A DNA stretch of 64,000 nucleotides from Tubiluchus corallicola (GCA_030141605.1 JAQGDQ010000109.1:186001-250000), one strand, 5' to 3'. Shown: positions 38,201-51,900, counted from the first letter of the stretch. Made by a program: numbers and translations. Notes: generated by a model not told the origin, from the sequence alone.

Positions 38201-41200
38201 TTCTGATGGTGACGACGATGACGTTGTGGACAATGACGATAAGAACATCGACGACGACGACGATAATTATAGCACTGACGTTGATAGCGTTCACATATAA
38301 AGTCTACTCTATGCAAGTTACTAAATCACAGTTTTTATTGATCGTTTTCCCATTTGAGCCATCTAGTCTTCTAAAGAAAGAAAGAGCTACGTTTTGCATT
38401 TAATTAGCCAAGATTAGTTGCTAAACTTCACAAATGAATTTAAAATTCATGATGATGATGACGACGACGACGACGACGACGACGAAAACGACATTCCTGA
38501 CGTTATTGGCTCGTTCTATTTAGATTAAAGCAAAACCGCACCCAATCATAAACTGTAAGTCAGAACAATCTACTCTTTAAAATATTGAAAGGAAACATAC
38601 TATTTTTTTCAAAAATGACTAACGTGAAAGAATTATTACCACACAAACACAATTTGACTGTCGCGCCACTAGTTCTTCGCTGTTACATGCATTTCGCCAT
38701 TCGCTAGTTAGACGGGCACTAGCGCCTGCATTTCGGAAACGCATTGCATAAAAAACAGATGCTGTGCCTCTCAGTTCAGATGTTAGTTTGTGACGAACTA
38801 CACACGTTCGGCAGCTCATGCGTGAGCACAGCGGTAAATTTGAAATTTGAATTTTTATTTAAAACTTGCCTAGTTTTAGTATAACACACTGAATATCTTA
38901 CAGTAGCACAGTAATTCTATTTTCTCTTTCGCGAACATCTGCAATATGCTCGTGAAAATTGTTATTTTGTGATATCATCAATAGTTGGGCCCGCCTATCG
39001 TTAATTAAGTTTTTAGTCTATTATTTAATTATCAGAAACGCTTTTGCAGTGTTAATTGTGTTAAAATGTATACTTTTTGTCGGACTTAAAAATGGGGTGG
39101 TATATGAAAAATCATCCTGTCTTTCTTTAATTAAAAAATGACCGAGAAGTGCAAAAACTGAATTAAAAGTCAGGCTGATACTATAATAGTAAGTGTAAGC
39201 GCTAATGGTTTTAAAGCTGTTGAGTTTTAAAATAGGAATGACGGAAGAAAACGAGTTTTGGTCAAACATTGTTGATACAATAAAACCTCCAACTGATGAA
39301 CTGAAGGAATGTCATGCACCCAAACCCATTTTGCTCGCAACAGGAGAGGTATGGTAAATTCTTTTTGCGATTTTTCCCCTCTCTGCTTTCCTTTCTCTTC
39401 CCTTTTTCGTTTCATTTTTCTCATCTTTGCCCACACCCAACTACCCCTTTCTTTTTTCATCTCTCATAGAAAAGTTTGCCTCCTTTTAATATTTTTACCA
39501 TAACGCTTTTTACAGGCCAACACGACTTTGAGATGGCAACCTGATATTGTAGAACTAAACATCATGAAAATTGGTCAATTAGTGATTACCGCTGTGCCCG
39601 GGGAATTTACTACGATGGCAGGAAGACGACTGCGCGAGTCAGTAACGCAGGTGACTATGGAAGTGCTGATATTGGCAGTTACAAACAAAAATAATAAATT
39701 TAACTCGCTAAAAGAAGTCAATAACAATTTTTTTCACAAAAAAGCAAAAACATTAGCCAAGATTGCTTTAAATGAGGAGTCTGTTGCCACTCTATAAAAC
39801 AAGCAAGAAGGTATGTCATTTAAAAGCATACTCGGATACATACGTTTTTTAAGATGAACGTCTATGTGCAAAGGGTAGCATTTCTGATTCAAATAGCAAC
39901 AAGTTTATTTCACATGGCTCAAGAACTGCTAATGACTGGTATCGACTAAAATATACAAACATTCATGATAACATGAAATGCACAATCGTTGGAGTTTGCT
40001 GTTAAATACATATTTTTTGTTTGTTTGATGGCTTAACCTTATCAACGGACTGACGTAGTGACATTTGGTTAATGATTTTCTTTGCTGTTACGAAAACTAG
40101 GCATATAATGACAATGCTAAGCATTGGTTTGCTTGCTTATTGAGCTTTTTCTGCCGAACTGAATGGATAGGTCATTTAGAACGCCATGTTTTGTGATTAT
40201 GGAACCCTTTTCTTCGTAAAGATGTCATTTATAACGGCTTTTATGGTCACGAAGGAATCGGTTTCATCGTTTGAATTTAGAATACGTAGTAACTTGCTTG
40301 TGTTGCCGTAAAACGTATTACATAAACAACGAGAATGGGAACAAAAATATCATTACGACGAAACAGACACCTTTATAGAGTTACTTCGCGAGCGACTAAT
40401 CCAAAAACTTTATGAGACAATATCCCAAATAAGTTTAAACCACTTTTTTATGATTATTACTTGATTATATGTTTATTTTATTTAAAAGAGCTGAATATTA
40501 TTAGTTATTTAGTAATTATTTAAATTAGCACAGAACAAAAATTATCGAAATTGTTAGGCACGGGTTTACTGGCTAGTCTCTCTTTCAATTGTCTTTCTTT
40601 CCCCCTCTCTTTCACTCTTTCTCTCTCTCTCTCGCTCGCTCGCTCACTTGTTCTTTGTGTTTCTATATACACAAGTTCTTTATTTTCTTTCACACGATAA
40701 TATTAAATACAAAAGTCTACTGTTTGTCATTTCAGACATTAATAACTCATGGTTATCCCGAGGACACGTGCGTTGTTATAGCAGGATTATCTGGCACATA
40801 TTCCAGTTACATAGTGACTTACGAAGAATACCAGGTATACATGCATGTGGATAGCTGAATGACTAGTGGACGAACGGACGAGAAGAATGATGGGAGGACG
40901 GAAGAATTAACGAATCTATACACATGATATAACGAAATTGTCAATGGTGAACTTGTATAATGAAGTACACAAGTTTAGCTTTACATTATAGCACAATAAC
41001 AGCATTAAGTTTAATTGTATTATCGAGGCAACATTTAATGCCTAAATTCCTTATTAAATAATCTGCCTATAAAAATACTGTATATAGAAACGCAAACATT
41101 ATTTCAGGCACAACGATACGAGGCTGCTTCTACCATATATGGTCCTCACACGCTGCAAGCTTACACAGAGAAGATGAATGGATTAGCTGAAGCAATGGCC

Positions 41201-43216
41201 CTAGTATGTAAATTCACTTTGTTACATTACCGATTTTCCATAACGAGTTGAGATGGTTTAGTACATTTTTTAGTACAAAGCGCTTACTTTTTTTAACTCA
41301 AAAGCGTTTAGGTAATTTCACTTAGAGTAAGCAAAATGATATCAATTTCGTAAAGTTGGGAAAACTAAATTATTGTGTTTTTTTACGTTTTTGTTAGCTA
41401 GTTGTAAGTTATACTGTATTGGTATTACGACCCAAAAATATTGCAGTAATTAGCAATAAGTACATTCTGTATTTAAGGGCGAATATGTTCCCAAAGGGCA
41501 ACTTCCACCGAATATGACCGAATATCAGCTCACAATAATCGGGCCGCCGCGGGACGATGAAGCTCCTGACGGCTTTTCTATCGGAGACGTTATATTGGAT
41601 GCAAGAGATACTTATTATCCGGTATGTTGATTATAAGTACATCGTGATTTTTTAGGTTTTTAACATTATTATCTGAATTCCTGACACATGCAGTGAAAAA
41701 ACGTGGCGTAACCGAAATTATATAAATGTAAATGTTGTCAAATTTATTTATGCAATGAGCACATATTCTTATAAAAATACATCCTACATATAAAACAATA
41801 AAATTACAATAAAAGCACTCAAGAAAAGGAGAGGATGAGGTAAAAACTTATATTTTCTTGCCCTTTTAGTTGTCATTATTTTACTCGCAAAACTAATTGT
41901 TTTTGCTCTTTTTGCATGCGTAAACGCGTGATAGATCAAAGTTTATTTAGTTTAGACCACCTCACCAAAACCAAATGCGTCTGGCAAAAGCCTGCAATTA
42001 TATTATTTTTTGTATGATTTCAGGGTGACACGATCAAAGTCAAATTTCAAGCGGGAAATCCACGGAATGACTTGATGGTAATAAAACTTTTTTCACGCAA
42101 GTTTTGTGAAATCAAGTGCATTTATAATTAAAAGCGTGTTCATGTATGATTTTTGATAGTGCTGCCCTGTACTGAGGATTAAATTTTTCAATTGCGAAAG
42201 ACGTATGAAAAGGACGAATAAACTGATCCTTCTTAATGAGATTTTTAATTTAGCACAAAACTGAGTTAAGATTAGCTAAAAATACATTTAAGTAGTTCAT
42301 CTTAGAGCAAGTAAAAAGTACTGAATTTCGGCAAGTCAGAACAACTAAAATGTAGTGATTTTTGACATCTTGTAACTATGTGTAACATTCTGTAGTAGTA
42401 CATCTTGCTGTTTGCAAATATTAGCAGGTAAAATTGTTGAATACGTTTCGTATGTAACTGGATTTTGCGGTATTATAGATCCGGATAGCACCAAAATCCA
42501 TATTCTTCCTCTATTCTTGTTTCTAGACGGAAAAGACGTTTCTTACCGTCGATTACCACCCACCAGGTAGTGCTACATCTGAAGTGGTTCTCACAGATGG
42601 TAACTGGGAAACATTGTGAGTATTTGTTTATTTTAATAATAGAATCAGTAACCAATTATAGGTAGAAATGTATATTAGTTTGCATACACAATACTTAGAT
42701 TGCAGCTGTAAAAACATTTAGCGAAATATTCAGCTTAACAGTACATTGGCTTTTCATGAAACCTGTAAAAATTGCCTTCTTAAAGATGCTTGGACCTGGA
42801 TTTTGGATTCTCTTAAAGGAACTTGGCCAAAACAAGAATATTCAATGTGGGTTCTAGCTTTTTATGATGATTTATTCAATAATTTTATTTTAGTTTACTG
42901 GGAACATACATTTGCACAGTAGCACATCAGTATAGCATTGTTAACACTTCTTTTTGTAAGGTTCGAATGGGAATTCACCACCACGCCCATCATTGGGGCA
43001 CGACAAAGTGTAGCCACAGTGACCTGGAATATACCAGAAGATGTGCAGCTAGGTGAATACTCCATCACCCACTATGGGCATCACAAATCCACCAGACTAG
43101 GACAGACAACGATAACCCCATATCAGGGGACAACGCAGAGGTTTCAAATTATAGAGCGACCAAATTATTATCTTAGATATTCGCAGTTGAAGAAGCGAGA
43201 ACTAGCGTTTATGTGA
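30994..43216 (+). CDS. ASAH2: Neutral ceramidase (ASAH2/CDase family), secreted invertebrate type, 723 aa, 17 exons with two alternative versions of exon 9
   Basis: Exons 30994-31125, 31655-31807, 32749-32925, 33635-33762, 34811-34888, 35625-35745, 36087-36209, 36466-36657, [37466-37547 or 38088-38169], 39236-39348, 39516-39650, 40736-40834, 41108-41203, 41478-41621, 42024-42077, 42527-42615, 42961-43216; 2172 nt, all GT-AG. Signal peptide and no mucin box. Motifs DITGPA, THTHSGP, NINRSP, WFAVHP, GDVSPN, PGEFTTMAGRRLR, QRYEAASTIYGPHTL, GNPRND. Confidence 0.95.
35126..35223. repeat. (GCGT)n/(GC)n/(GT)n compound microsatellite
   Basis: About 98 bp of alternating purine-pyrimidine sequence in ceramidase intron 5. 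Confidence 0.95.
36892..37407. mobile_element. hAT-type MITE (516 bp) in ceramidase intron 8
   Basis: Perfect 14-bp TIRs CAGTGGCGGCTCGT / ACGAGCCGCCACTG. Flanks TGCAGCAC and ATCAGCAC (6/8) are consistent with an 8-bp TSD. Confidence 0.8.
37466..37547 (+). CDS. ASAH2: Neutral ceramidase exon 9a (alternative copy): GKTCKPAMGYSFAAGCTDGAGALNFTQ(G)
   Basis: TGTAG acceptor, 82 nt, open frame, phase 0 to phase 1, G|GTTTGA donor. Fits in frame between exons 8 and 10. Confidence 0.85.
38088..38169 (+). CDS. ASAH2: Neutral ceramidase exon 9b (alternative copy): GSTCKAAMGYSFAAGTTDGPGAFNFSQ(G)
   Basis: GGCAG acceptor, 82 nt, same phases as exon 9a, G|GTTGGT donor. Fits in frame between exons 8 and 10. 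Confidence 0.88.
40170..40410 (+). repeat. Dispersed repeat, diverged copy 1 (copy 2 at about 57419-57680)
   Basis: Both copies share GGTCATTTAGA..., CCCTTTT..CGTAAAG, ACGAAA..A.AC..CTTT.TAGAG.TACTT.GC and an internal sub-repeat of roughly 53 bp. Confidence 0.6.
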
Positions 43217-44995
43217 ATCAATTTTTGGTAAAATGTGACGCCACGGTGACTACACTCAAAATGATGTACATTGAATCTAGTGTATGTGGTGCTACTTATA
43301 ATCAGTCTAAAAAAACTATTCCACTTAAAATCATGTAAGATAATGCAGTTGCCGCTACTGTTTTATTTAATTGCATATAAAACCATGTTCACGGAAAGAC
43401 TACCACCAGACATACAGGAACTCACAAAAATTCTTAATGGTCTACAGTAAAAATGCTTTCCAACTTTTTGTAGATCCCGACAGGCCCTAGACAAAGCAAT
43501 TTTGTTGTCACTAGAAGTTACTAATCTCTTTCTTTCTCGTTGTGTGAATGCCCTTTGTGTTTCTTTTTGCTTAGCAACCAGGTTCATGTATTAAATTTAA
43601 AGAAAAGTACCTCAATTCATGCATTACAAAAGACAATATATAATACACAGTGTGTTTAAGTATTAAAGTCCATGATAAAATGCTGTAAATATGTCAGTAT
43701 GTGGCTATTTAATTAAAAATGGACTCCAGTTATGATATGATTTCATTAAATCATCCTAATGCAAGTTACGGTGCACTACTTATCGTAATTTACAAGTGTT
43801 AAAACTCAAAATACTAACTAAAAGTTCACCAAATAAAGTTTACTTAAACAAAGCAAGTATTCTCAAAGTTAAACTTTAGTTTAAGAATGAATGTTTATTG
43901 GTCATAGTATAAGAACAAAGTTCACAATCATACTGCTTTTCAAACTGAATGCTGGTATTTTTTGCAGTGTATTTACGTGTACATTACAGTAATGTACATA
44001 GTAAGAGCAATGAAAAATAATATGATATCATTTATAAGCTCCACTATCAGAAAATTGGTTTATTTTGGTAGTTGGCTTTAAATTTAAAACAAAATGAAAA
44101 TATAATAGAATGGTGTTCCATTAGCCTACAAGTTACAATTCGTCTAACAACTTTCAATCAGATCTCAAACAAAACAATTTATTACACTAATTACACGCAA
44201 TCACAGAACAAAATGTTACAATTATTAGCACTTAATTTAGCATACTGCTAAGAATACAGTGTGCCTCAACAAAACACATATTTGGCACAAAAAATACTGA
44301 ATCAGAAAAAATCACGGTTGCATTTTGTAAAGTGAAAATCTATGACATTTGGCATTTAAAAACCACAGCTATACACAATGTAGATAAAAAACACAAGTTT
44401 CTAAACTAACAGCCAGACTGAACAAGATTCTGATGAATAATGACTCAATAACAGTAAAGTAATATGTGAAAAGTAAAGTGGAGCACCATTTTCCTCTTAA
44501 ATTCGATACAACGCCTTGCAGATCTCACATATCAACAAATAATTAGTACATAATTACAATACAGTATAAATATAATAATATATTACCTTCAAGAAACCCA
44601 AGAAACATGTAAACAATAAATAATACTTCTGAAATTATACCGGGATAGGTTTTGTAAAAAAAAATGACAGACAAAATTAGAGTAAGCATCTATTTTATTC
44701 ATAAAATGTCAATATGATCTTGCATAGTACAAAAGAAAGATGAGCTCATTGCCAAGTTTATTTAAAGATTATGAAAATTATTATCAGGCAAATATGGTAG
44801 TAATACCAATAACTGGATTAAAATCTGAAACAAAGCAAAGATTTAGCTTTACATTATTTGTATACATAAGAATGATGTTACTTCTTAAGACCAACTGATA
44901 AATGACTAATTACAGCTGTGCTACAGTAAAATAACAACAGATCAATCTTTATTCTCTCTGACAGACACAAATTTTAAATACCGGTAAAATTGATT

Positions 44996-47900
44996 TCATG
45001 AGAATACAACCTTTTTGAGATACTGAATAACAGGAGGATGAGTAAGAACACCCATATGGTCAATGCCAGCATACGTTCTTTCATACACTTTCTGCTTTTG
45101 TTTCCCTTGCCAATGAAGACACCCCTTCAAACTACGCATGTTCACCGTACCATCACCGTCGCCATATTTTGCAATTGGTTGGTGATCAGGAAAATTGCCA
45201 GGTGACCAGTAGAAACTTTCTGAAGTGTTGACCTTTGACCCATGCAAACAATGTACTTCAACACCAGGTGGATTATTAATATCTACCAGATCTTTGGTGT
45301 CCAGATGCATTTGATACCCATTTGGAAAGTCTATGTCAGTAAAAAACTGTTTGATGTCTTTCAGTGTGTAGTTTCGGTGCTCGTTGGTTGCTAGTATTTC
45401 ATTTTCATCCCAGAAGTTTTTGTTTGGAAGAAGAAAAGCGAGACTTGGAGATGTACGTTGTTGTGTTCTTAGTGTCAACGGATTTAAAAGGAACACGCCC
45501 AAATTTTCACCTGCAACAAAAATCATAAAAAGGAACAGAAAAGTAGGTAAATTACTTTAGCAGACTGACCAAGTACTAGACAAAAACAGCCCAATAATGA
45601 AAGTAACTGAATACATGCAAGTCCCTGTTTAACGTTGCCCAGTTTGCCTGCGGTTCATCTCAATGATGACAAGTTTCTTCTTCACTTTTAATAATGAACT
45701 GTTGATCTTACTTAAAGAATTTCAACTGTTGGCAACTGCAAAAATATGTTAAACACAGTTCTAAAAAATAAGTACTCTATAAAGGGTAAAAAGAAAATCA
45801 ATAACAATCTTTAATTTAAACTAAAGTTAAGTAAAGCTTGACAAGGGTGGTCAGCATACGGATGGGTGACTACTGACGTTAATGCTCCCTCTTGGAGTTT
45901 TTTGCTTATTACCTGATTGTAGCTGTTTACCTGTTTGAGAGAGTACGTAATTACGTATTCACATTGAAGCACATAAAGTATTTACAGTCTGTAAATTAGT
46001 ACTATTTACATAAAGTAAGATGTGCAACTGAGTTTTGCATTCCAGTTTGCACAGTGCTGAACTGCATAAAAAATATGAACAGGGAATTTGTGATTTTTGC
46101 TGCTGGAAAGCATTCTTATGCATTTATATCGTTAAGCAATCCTTGCAGATTTTTCAAGTACTTAATTTAACAATTGCAAGTCTTTGCATTGCTAGTGCAG
46201 TGTGTATGAACATTAATGATGAGCACAACTGCAAAGTTGCTGATGCTCCAAAATAATAACACTTGACGAGCTTCAGACCTTTTGCCAGTGAGCTGTCAAA
46301 ATTTTTGCTTTCTGAACTTAAGGTTTGCTGTATGCCTTATACAATAATTTCGACAAACAATGCATGCATTAATAGACTTAATTCATCTCAGGGCAACATA
46401 ATAGTAAAAGTGTTGTGAGTTACTAGCTGTTACTAAACAGTTTTTCCCCAAGGCAATAAAATGCAGTTTCCAGATTGATCGGCCTCCAGTGGTTTCAGTT
46501 AGATTATGGAAACAGCTGCCAACAAACTTATTTCTACAAGAAATTCCATGACACGTAAAGACATTAATATCAAGGTAAAAGATAAAAGAGGAGATCACGA
46601 ATGTCACTATACCTGAAGCAAATACACGGAGTGGTTTGACAGTACCACCCCAAACACCAGCAAGTGCAAATAAGGATTTAATAAATTTGTCTTTCCATGT
46701 AGCAGGTTGCAAGTTAAGGAATCTCCACATCATGGGATTGCCCATAGAATGGCAAATTAGAATCACTTTCTTGTTGCCATTTTCATAATACGTTTTTTCC
46801 ACTAGTTCTTTCATGCGATCAAAGTACGTGTTGTGCTCATCTGAAATAAGTTCTTATAATCTAAACATATTGCAAATTGATAAAATAATATTACATAAGG
46901 TCAACTAATAAAAGCAGTTCATTAATGCATTAGTACAAGGAAGGTGTTTTCTGAAATAATTCCAAAAGTAACGTAACAAATGAGACATGCTATTACAGTA
47001 ACATCCAGCCAAGACTAGCAAGGGATCTGCATTGAATATAAGTACCCACACATATGATTTTTAATACTGAACAATTTTAATACACGCACAATAAAAGAAA
47101 AATAACGACAAAGAAGATGATATATAAGATACGATGAATTTGCTTTTATTTTAATTTCCTTTTTGGTCATCACAAGTAGTTAAAAGTTAGGAATAGTGTG
47201 GCGTAACACGCTAACTATGTGGCAAAATAGCATCTAAACCATGAGGAATGTGACATTACTCAAACATAATGTGTAAACAAACTGAAGAAAACCTTCTTAT
47301 AGTAGTATATAAATGTTCCCAATAACTATAAGCCCGATACTTACTTGGTGCTCTACGAAAATCATAAGGGGCACCACGAATGTTGACGCCCCTAGTATAA
47401 CCCCATGAGACTAGTGCTTCCACGATTTTGATAAAATATAATCCTTAAAAAAATGTATAATGTTCAAACACAATACATATTCATAAAGATTTTTTATAGA
47501 AGTCAGTTAAGGCCTGAATTTGATTTAAAACAGCCGAATATGATCAATTTCTTTCTTGCACTAATATGGAAATTTTAGAGGTATAAATTGCACATCGAAT
47601 AATATCGGAGAATGCAAAATGTGAACTGATTATTATTATGTATTCAGAATTTCTCTTTGAGTATTTACAGGTCTATTCTAATGAACTTATCGAATGAAAG
47701 TGCTTACATTTTACTGAAAAAAATTTGGCAAGCCATTAATCAATGTTAAGCTCAGCATATCAAACAGCAATCATGAAACGTGTTACCTGGCGATGCCTGA
47801 CTAGGATCAAGCCACTCAACGGTACTGGTGTTTCCGAAACCAGGTATTCTGATATCTACACCAGAAGGCGAGTAGCTTGTGTGTGTTACATTATCATACA

Positions 47901-48978
47901 TCAACCTAGATAGAAATGACATGTACTAATGTGCAAGTTAAAATTTAAAAGGTTCTTGTGTTTAGCAAATAGTTCAAAATGAATATAGCAAATAATAATA
48001 TTTGTTATTTCCAACAATACACTAAAACAATAGAAAAATATTCTCTTAATATTAGTATTTATACCTCATGTTATCAACCCAACAGTCAAGCACTAATGGA
48101 ACAAGAAGCTCAAGATTTAACCACAAGTTAAAGTAATCATCTGTTTGCTTTTCACACCAATAGTGTGGTGTAGTGCTCTTATTCAGTCTAGCTTCTACTT
48201 GGCTTCCACCATCTCCTGGTACTGAAATGTGGAACACAAATACAAAAACAAATTGGCAGCCATACAAGCAGGACATTGTATACAGTGAATAATGGTCAAA
48301 TCGGTATCACACAACGTACCCATAACATCGTTATCAAACAGCACTAAGCTGGAATTCTTTTTTAAAGAATTTAGCATAAAGGACGCTAGTGTTAACGTGC
48401 CTGTTTTCAGCCTAGCTTTATCAGTGCTCTTGTTTAGTTTACTCCCTTTCAGTCTAGCTTCATCAGCGCTCTTGTTTAGTCCACTACAAAAACTCGGTCA
48501 AGACTTGAAGGAAAAGTAGATATCAGCATTTGCAGTACTGATGTCAAACATAAGAAAAGAAGAAATCACCAAAAACAGCTGCCAATGATACCAATTTTGA
48601 GAGAGAGCTTGCTTGTAACGTTTCCGAAAAACGAAATGTACTATTCATGTGCATAATTTTTTATAATCTTTATTTGTTAGAAGTTGGTTGGTAACAAATT
48701 ATTATTATGATTACCCCATTATTTTCAGCTAACAAAGGGCCTAGAAAACTAGGCTACCTGTTCCAGTTTATTTTCCTACTTGAAAAAAATTCATTTACAA
48801 TAAACTACATATTTCGAAATTTATGTAGCTATATGATCAAAATGTTTTAATTAAAAACCCTACCAAGAATCACAGGGTATCCCATGCCATGTTTAACTGG
48901 AAGGGATAAACTCACAAAAGACGAAATACCAAAAAAACACAGACACAAAAAACATAAATTAATAGAGGCATTCGCCAT
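44996..48978 (-). CDS. PLA2G15: Group XV lysosomal phospholipase A2 / 1-O-acylceramide synthase (LCAT family), 410 aa, 6 exons
   Basis: Exons on the minus strand: 48978-48864, 48221-48065, 47905-47787, 47443-47345, 46840-46613, 45510-44996; 1233 nt, GT-AG. Signal peptide, [43 protein letters not shown], and catalytic triad motifs CHSMG, GDGDGTV, DHMGVL. Confidence 0.93.
48405..48488. repeat. 42-bp tandem duplication in PLA2G15 intron 1; the minus strand carries hammerhead-core-like words
   Basis: TTTCAGCCTAGCTTTATCAGTGCTCTTGTTTAGT and TTTCAGTCTAGCTTCATCAGCGCTCTTGTTTAGT. Confidence 0.8.
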
Positions 48979-51900
48979 AATAACTTTCGATCACGCGATA
49001 TAAGGTGGCGCCGCAACGCGAGCAGAAACGTTATGAAATGCCCAATCATTATCTACGGTCATAGATCCACGATCTGTCCCAAGACACAGAAATGATGTTT
49101 TGAACTACCAAAGTAGAAAAACATTTCAGACTGACTATTTTATACATGTAAATTTTTAACAGTCAAGCCTAATGCACACAAAACGATCATATTTTTAATT
49201 TGTTTCTTTATGATTATGTCAAAAGTTTCTGACTGTTTTACTTGCTAGAGGCTAAATTATCCGAGTTTTCAGAAGATGAATTTAGATGAATTGCACTTTT
49301 GTTTGTATACGTCTGGAAAACATTCGCTATCCAAGTCTTATATGAAAGAAAGATCAGTACACATTTCTTTCCTAAAACTGGTGTGCCCCAAAATAATGAT
49401 TGTTCAATGTTTTTCAAGCCCTGTTTGTTCACATTTTATTATGCTGCTGGTGGTACAAAAGCTTGTTCGAAAGTATTTTAAACTCAAGTCGAAGTCGAAA
49501 TGCTGAAATTCGATGATTTTCCTGACATTTAAGAAATACAACAGAATTTGAGCAAGTCTCACAAAAATTATAGCTCGTTCGGAAAAATCCACCTAAAGAT
49601 CCATAACGCAAAGACAAAGTATTACAACTTCTGGCTGGAGATCACTACGTTCGAAAAATATAAATGTCCAGCATGAACTGTAGACTGTCAGAATCACCGG
49701 GGAATACGGCAGGTTAATGGCTTAAGACTTCTGGATTGCAAGAAGAAAGCCCTTATTCAAGTCCATGCTATATTTCAACGTTTCATATTTCCTAGCTTTT
49801 AAAAGTAGTAGGAAAATTTAATTATCATAGATTTGTATCATTATTAATAATAATCTCGACAGTAAATTACGTTACCGTGTGTCGTGTGTTTAAGCAACAT
49901 ACATAAATTTGTTCCGTCCTTAATTACAAGGCGAAACAGTCATCTCTAGATCTGCGAAAAAAATAGTGACGTAGAGCCACTAGAAGATTTTAGCGGATAT
50001 TGTCCCATATAAAAATGCTGTGAATAAGAAACAATATGATAATTGAAATAACTGAAACACCGTAGCTGCTAATATCTTACAATCATTTCAAAACGTTGGT
50101 AAATCCCATTATAGATCTACTAGAAGTTAATTTTGACAATAGTAAAACGAAAACACTATTATTTCTTTTACTGAAGCGAAAATTTGACTGAAAGGAAAGA
50201 AAATTTACGTGTGAAAAACTTGGGCTGAGATTTTTATTGTATCACGAAACTTTTATTATTACAGTTTTAATGTTTCAGATCTCTGTTAGACCAGTGTTCA
50301 ACCATTCCTTGTAATCAAGACAAACAATCATTCAATTCAAATAGCTTACCTTCGTCCAAACATTTCCAAGTGTTAACTTCTTCGAGCGAAAGTAATTAGT
50401 AACAACCTGGATTAACTTTCTAATTAACTCAAGCCTATCTTAGTCAGTTGAATTTTGCTTAAAAGGCAATAATTAGTTTGTCCTACCAGTAGTCTTGCAT
50501 TTAAGTTTTAGACTAACCTGCAAGTTGTAAACGCTCTGAAGAGACTTTTGTATAATCACGAACTGCAAATACGAGGAATTAGGACGTTCTGTTTTTCCTT
50601 CAATTTCAGTTGTAATGACTGTAATATTAATTCTCATCTTACTCGTCTTTCTTTAAATAAAAACCATTTCACCACGCACGCGAAGGAAAAAAATTTTTTA
50701 GCAGAAAACGGGGGTGTAATTGTGAATTCCCTAAAGTACTTTACAGAGAAAGGTTTTTGCGCGTCTAAAACGATGACGTACAAATGACTTAAATTGGAAG
50801 AACACAGACGACCCAGCTTTGCCCTTGCACTCACCCGTTTATTTTCTGACCAGTGCTTGGTCGTCGCCGTGGCCACTGCTTGATGGACTGCCAAATAATC
50901 TGATGTTAAACATTTGTTATTGATTCCGTAACGAGAGCAAGAACTGTTAGCGAAATATTTACGTAAACGTGGGCCACGTGTAAGTAAAGCCAGATCCTAA
51001 CCCCGGCAATCAGAGCCATGTGCCGCACTGGAAGTCCATTACCCGTCACTTTTCCGGGTTCTTCTCTTTGCTTGTGCAATCTGCTATGCATTTGGGGACT
51101 TAGCAAGGTTCACATTCTTGGTGTTATTACGAAAAGTGCGGCTGCCCAATTAGCAACTGAGAGATGGAGAGTCTTGTGCCGGCCAAATTAGCTATCAGCT
51201 GACCGCTCACTGAGATGTTTATTTTATAGGTAATCATGTCAGTTTGTTTTCGCAGAAATAGCTGCTACTGATAAATGTTTTCTAAGTATATCATCATAAA
51301 CAGCAAGTCAGGTACATCTCTAAATGCGTGTTTTCTTTTAGATAGGCAAATTCTATAGGTTAGTTACTCCTTTAGGTTAGTTATAAAACCAAATTTAAGG
51401 CACCGAATTTCTTAACGTGAGAAACTATGAAAAATAAATTTTTCAAAAACGCAAATTTTTGCTCTTTAATCTACACGTAAGGACTAAGTAATCTATAAAA
51501 TTTGCGCACCTAATTGAAAAAGCAGATTTAGGAATTTATCTGACTTAGTATTTATGATGGGTAAAACGCAATGTGCGCAGAAAGTGTCTGATGTTCTTAT
51601 CCAGCATTTTTGTGCGTTGTTTATTTTTATTTATATTATGGGAAGCATTAATACGGTTAAAGAAATGCCGGTCAGTTATATGTGTGATATTAAGCAGAGT
51701 GCTAGTGTGCTTCAATCTAGTAAGACATGAAATGTATGGTACTGAGTAGTGCCTTGGTTTCGGAACTGCAATTAATTAACTCATCATGTTTGAAGTATTT
51801 TCACTTATTTGTTTCTATCGAGGGCTTTTAAACAATTTCAGCTGAACGCCTATCGCAGATGTCTGCCCTCCAATATTCCTTATTCTAGGTACAAGAGGTT

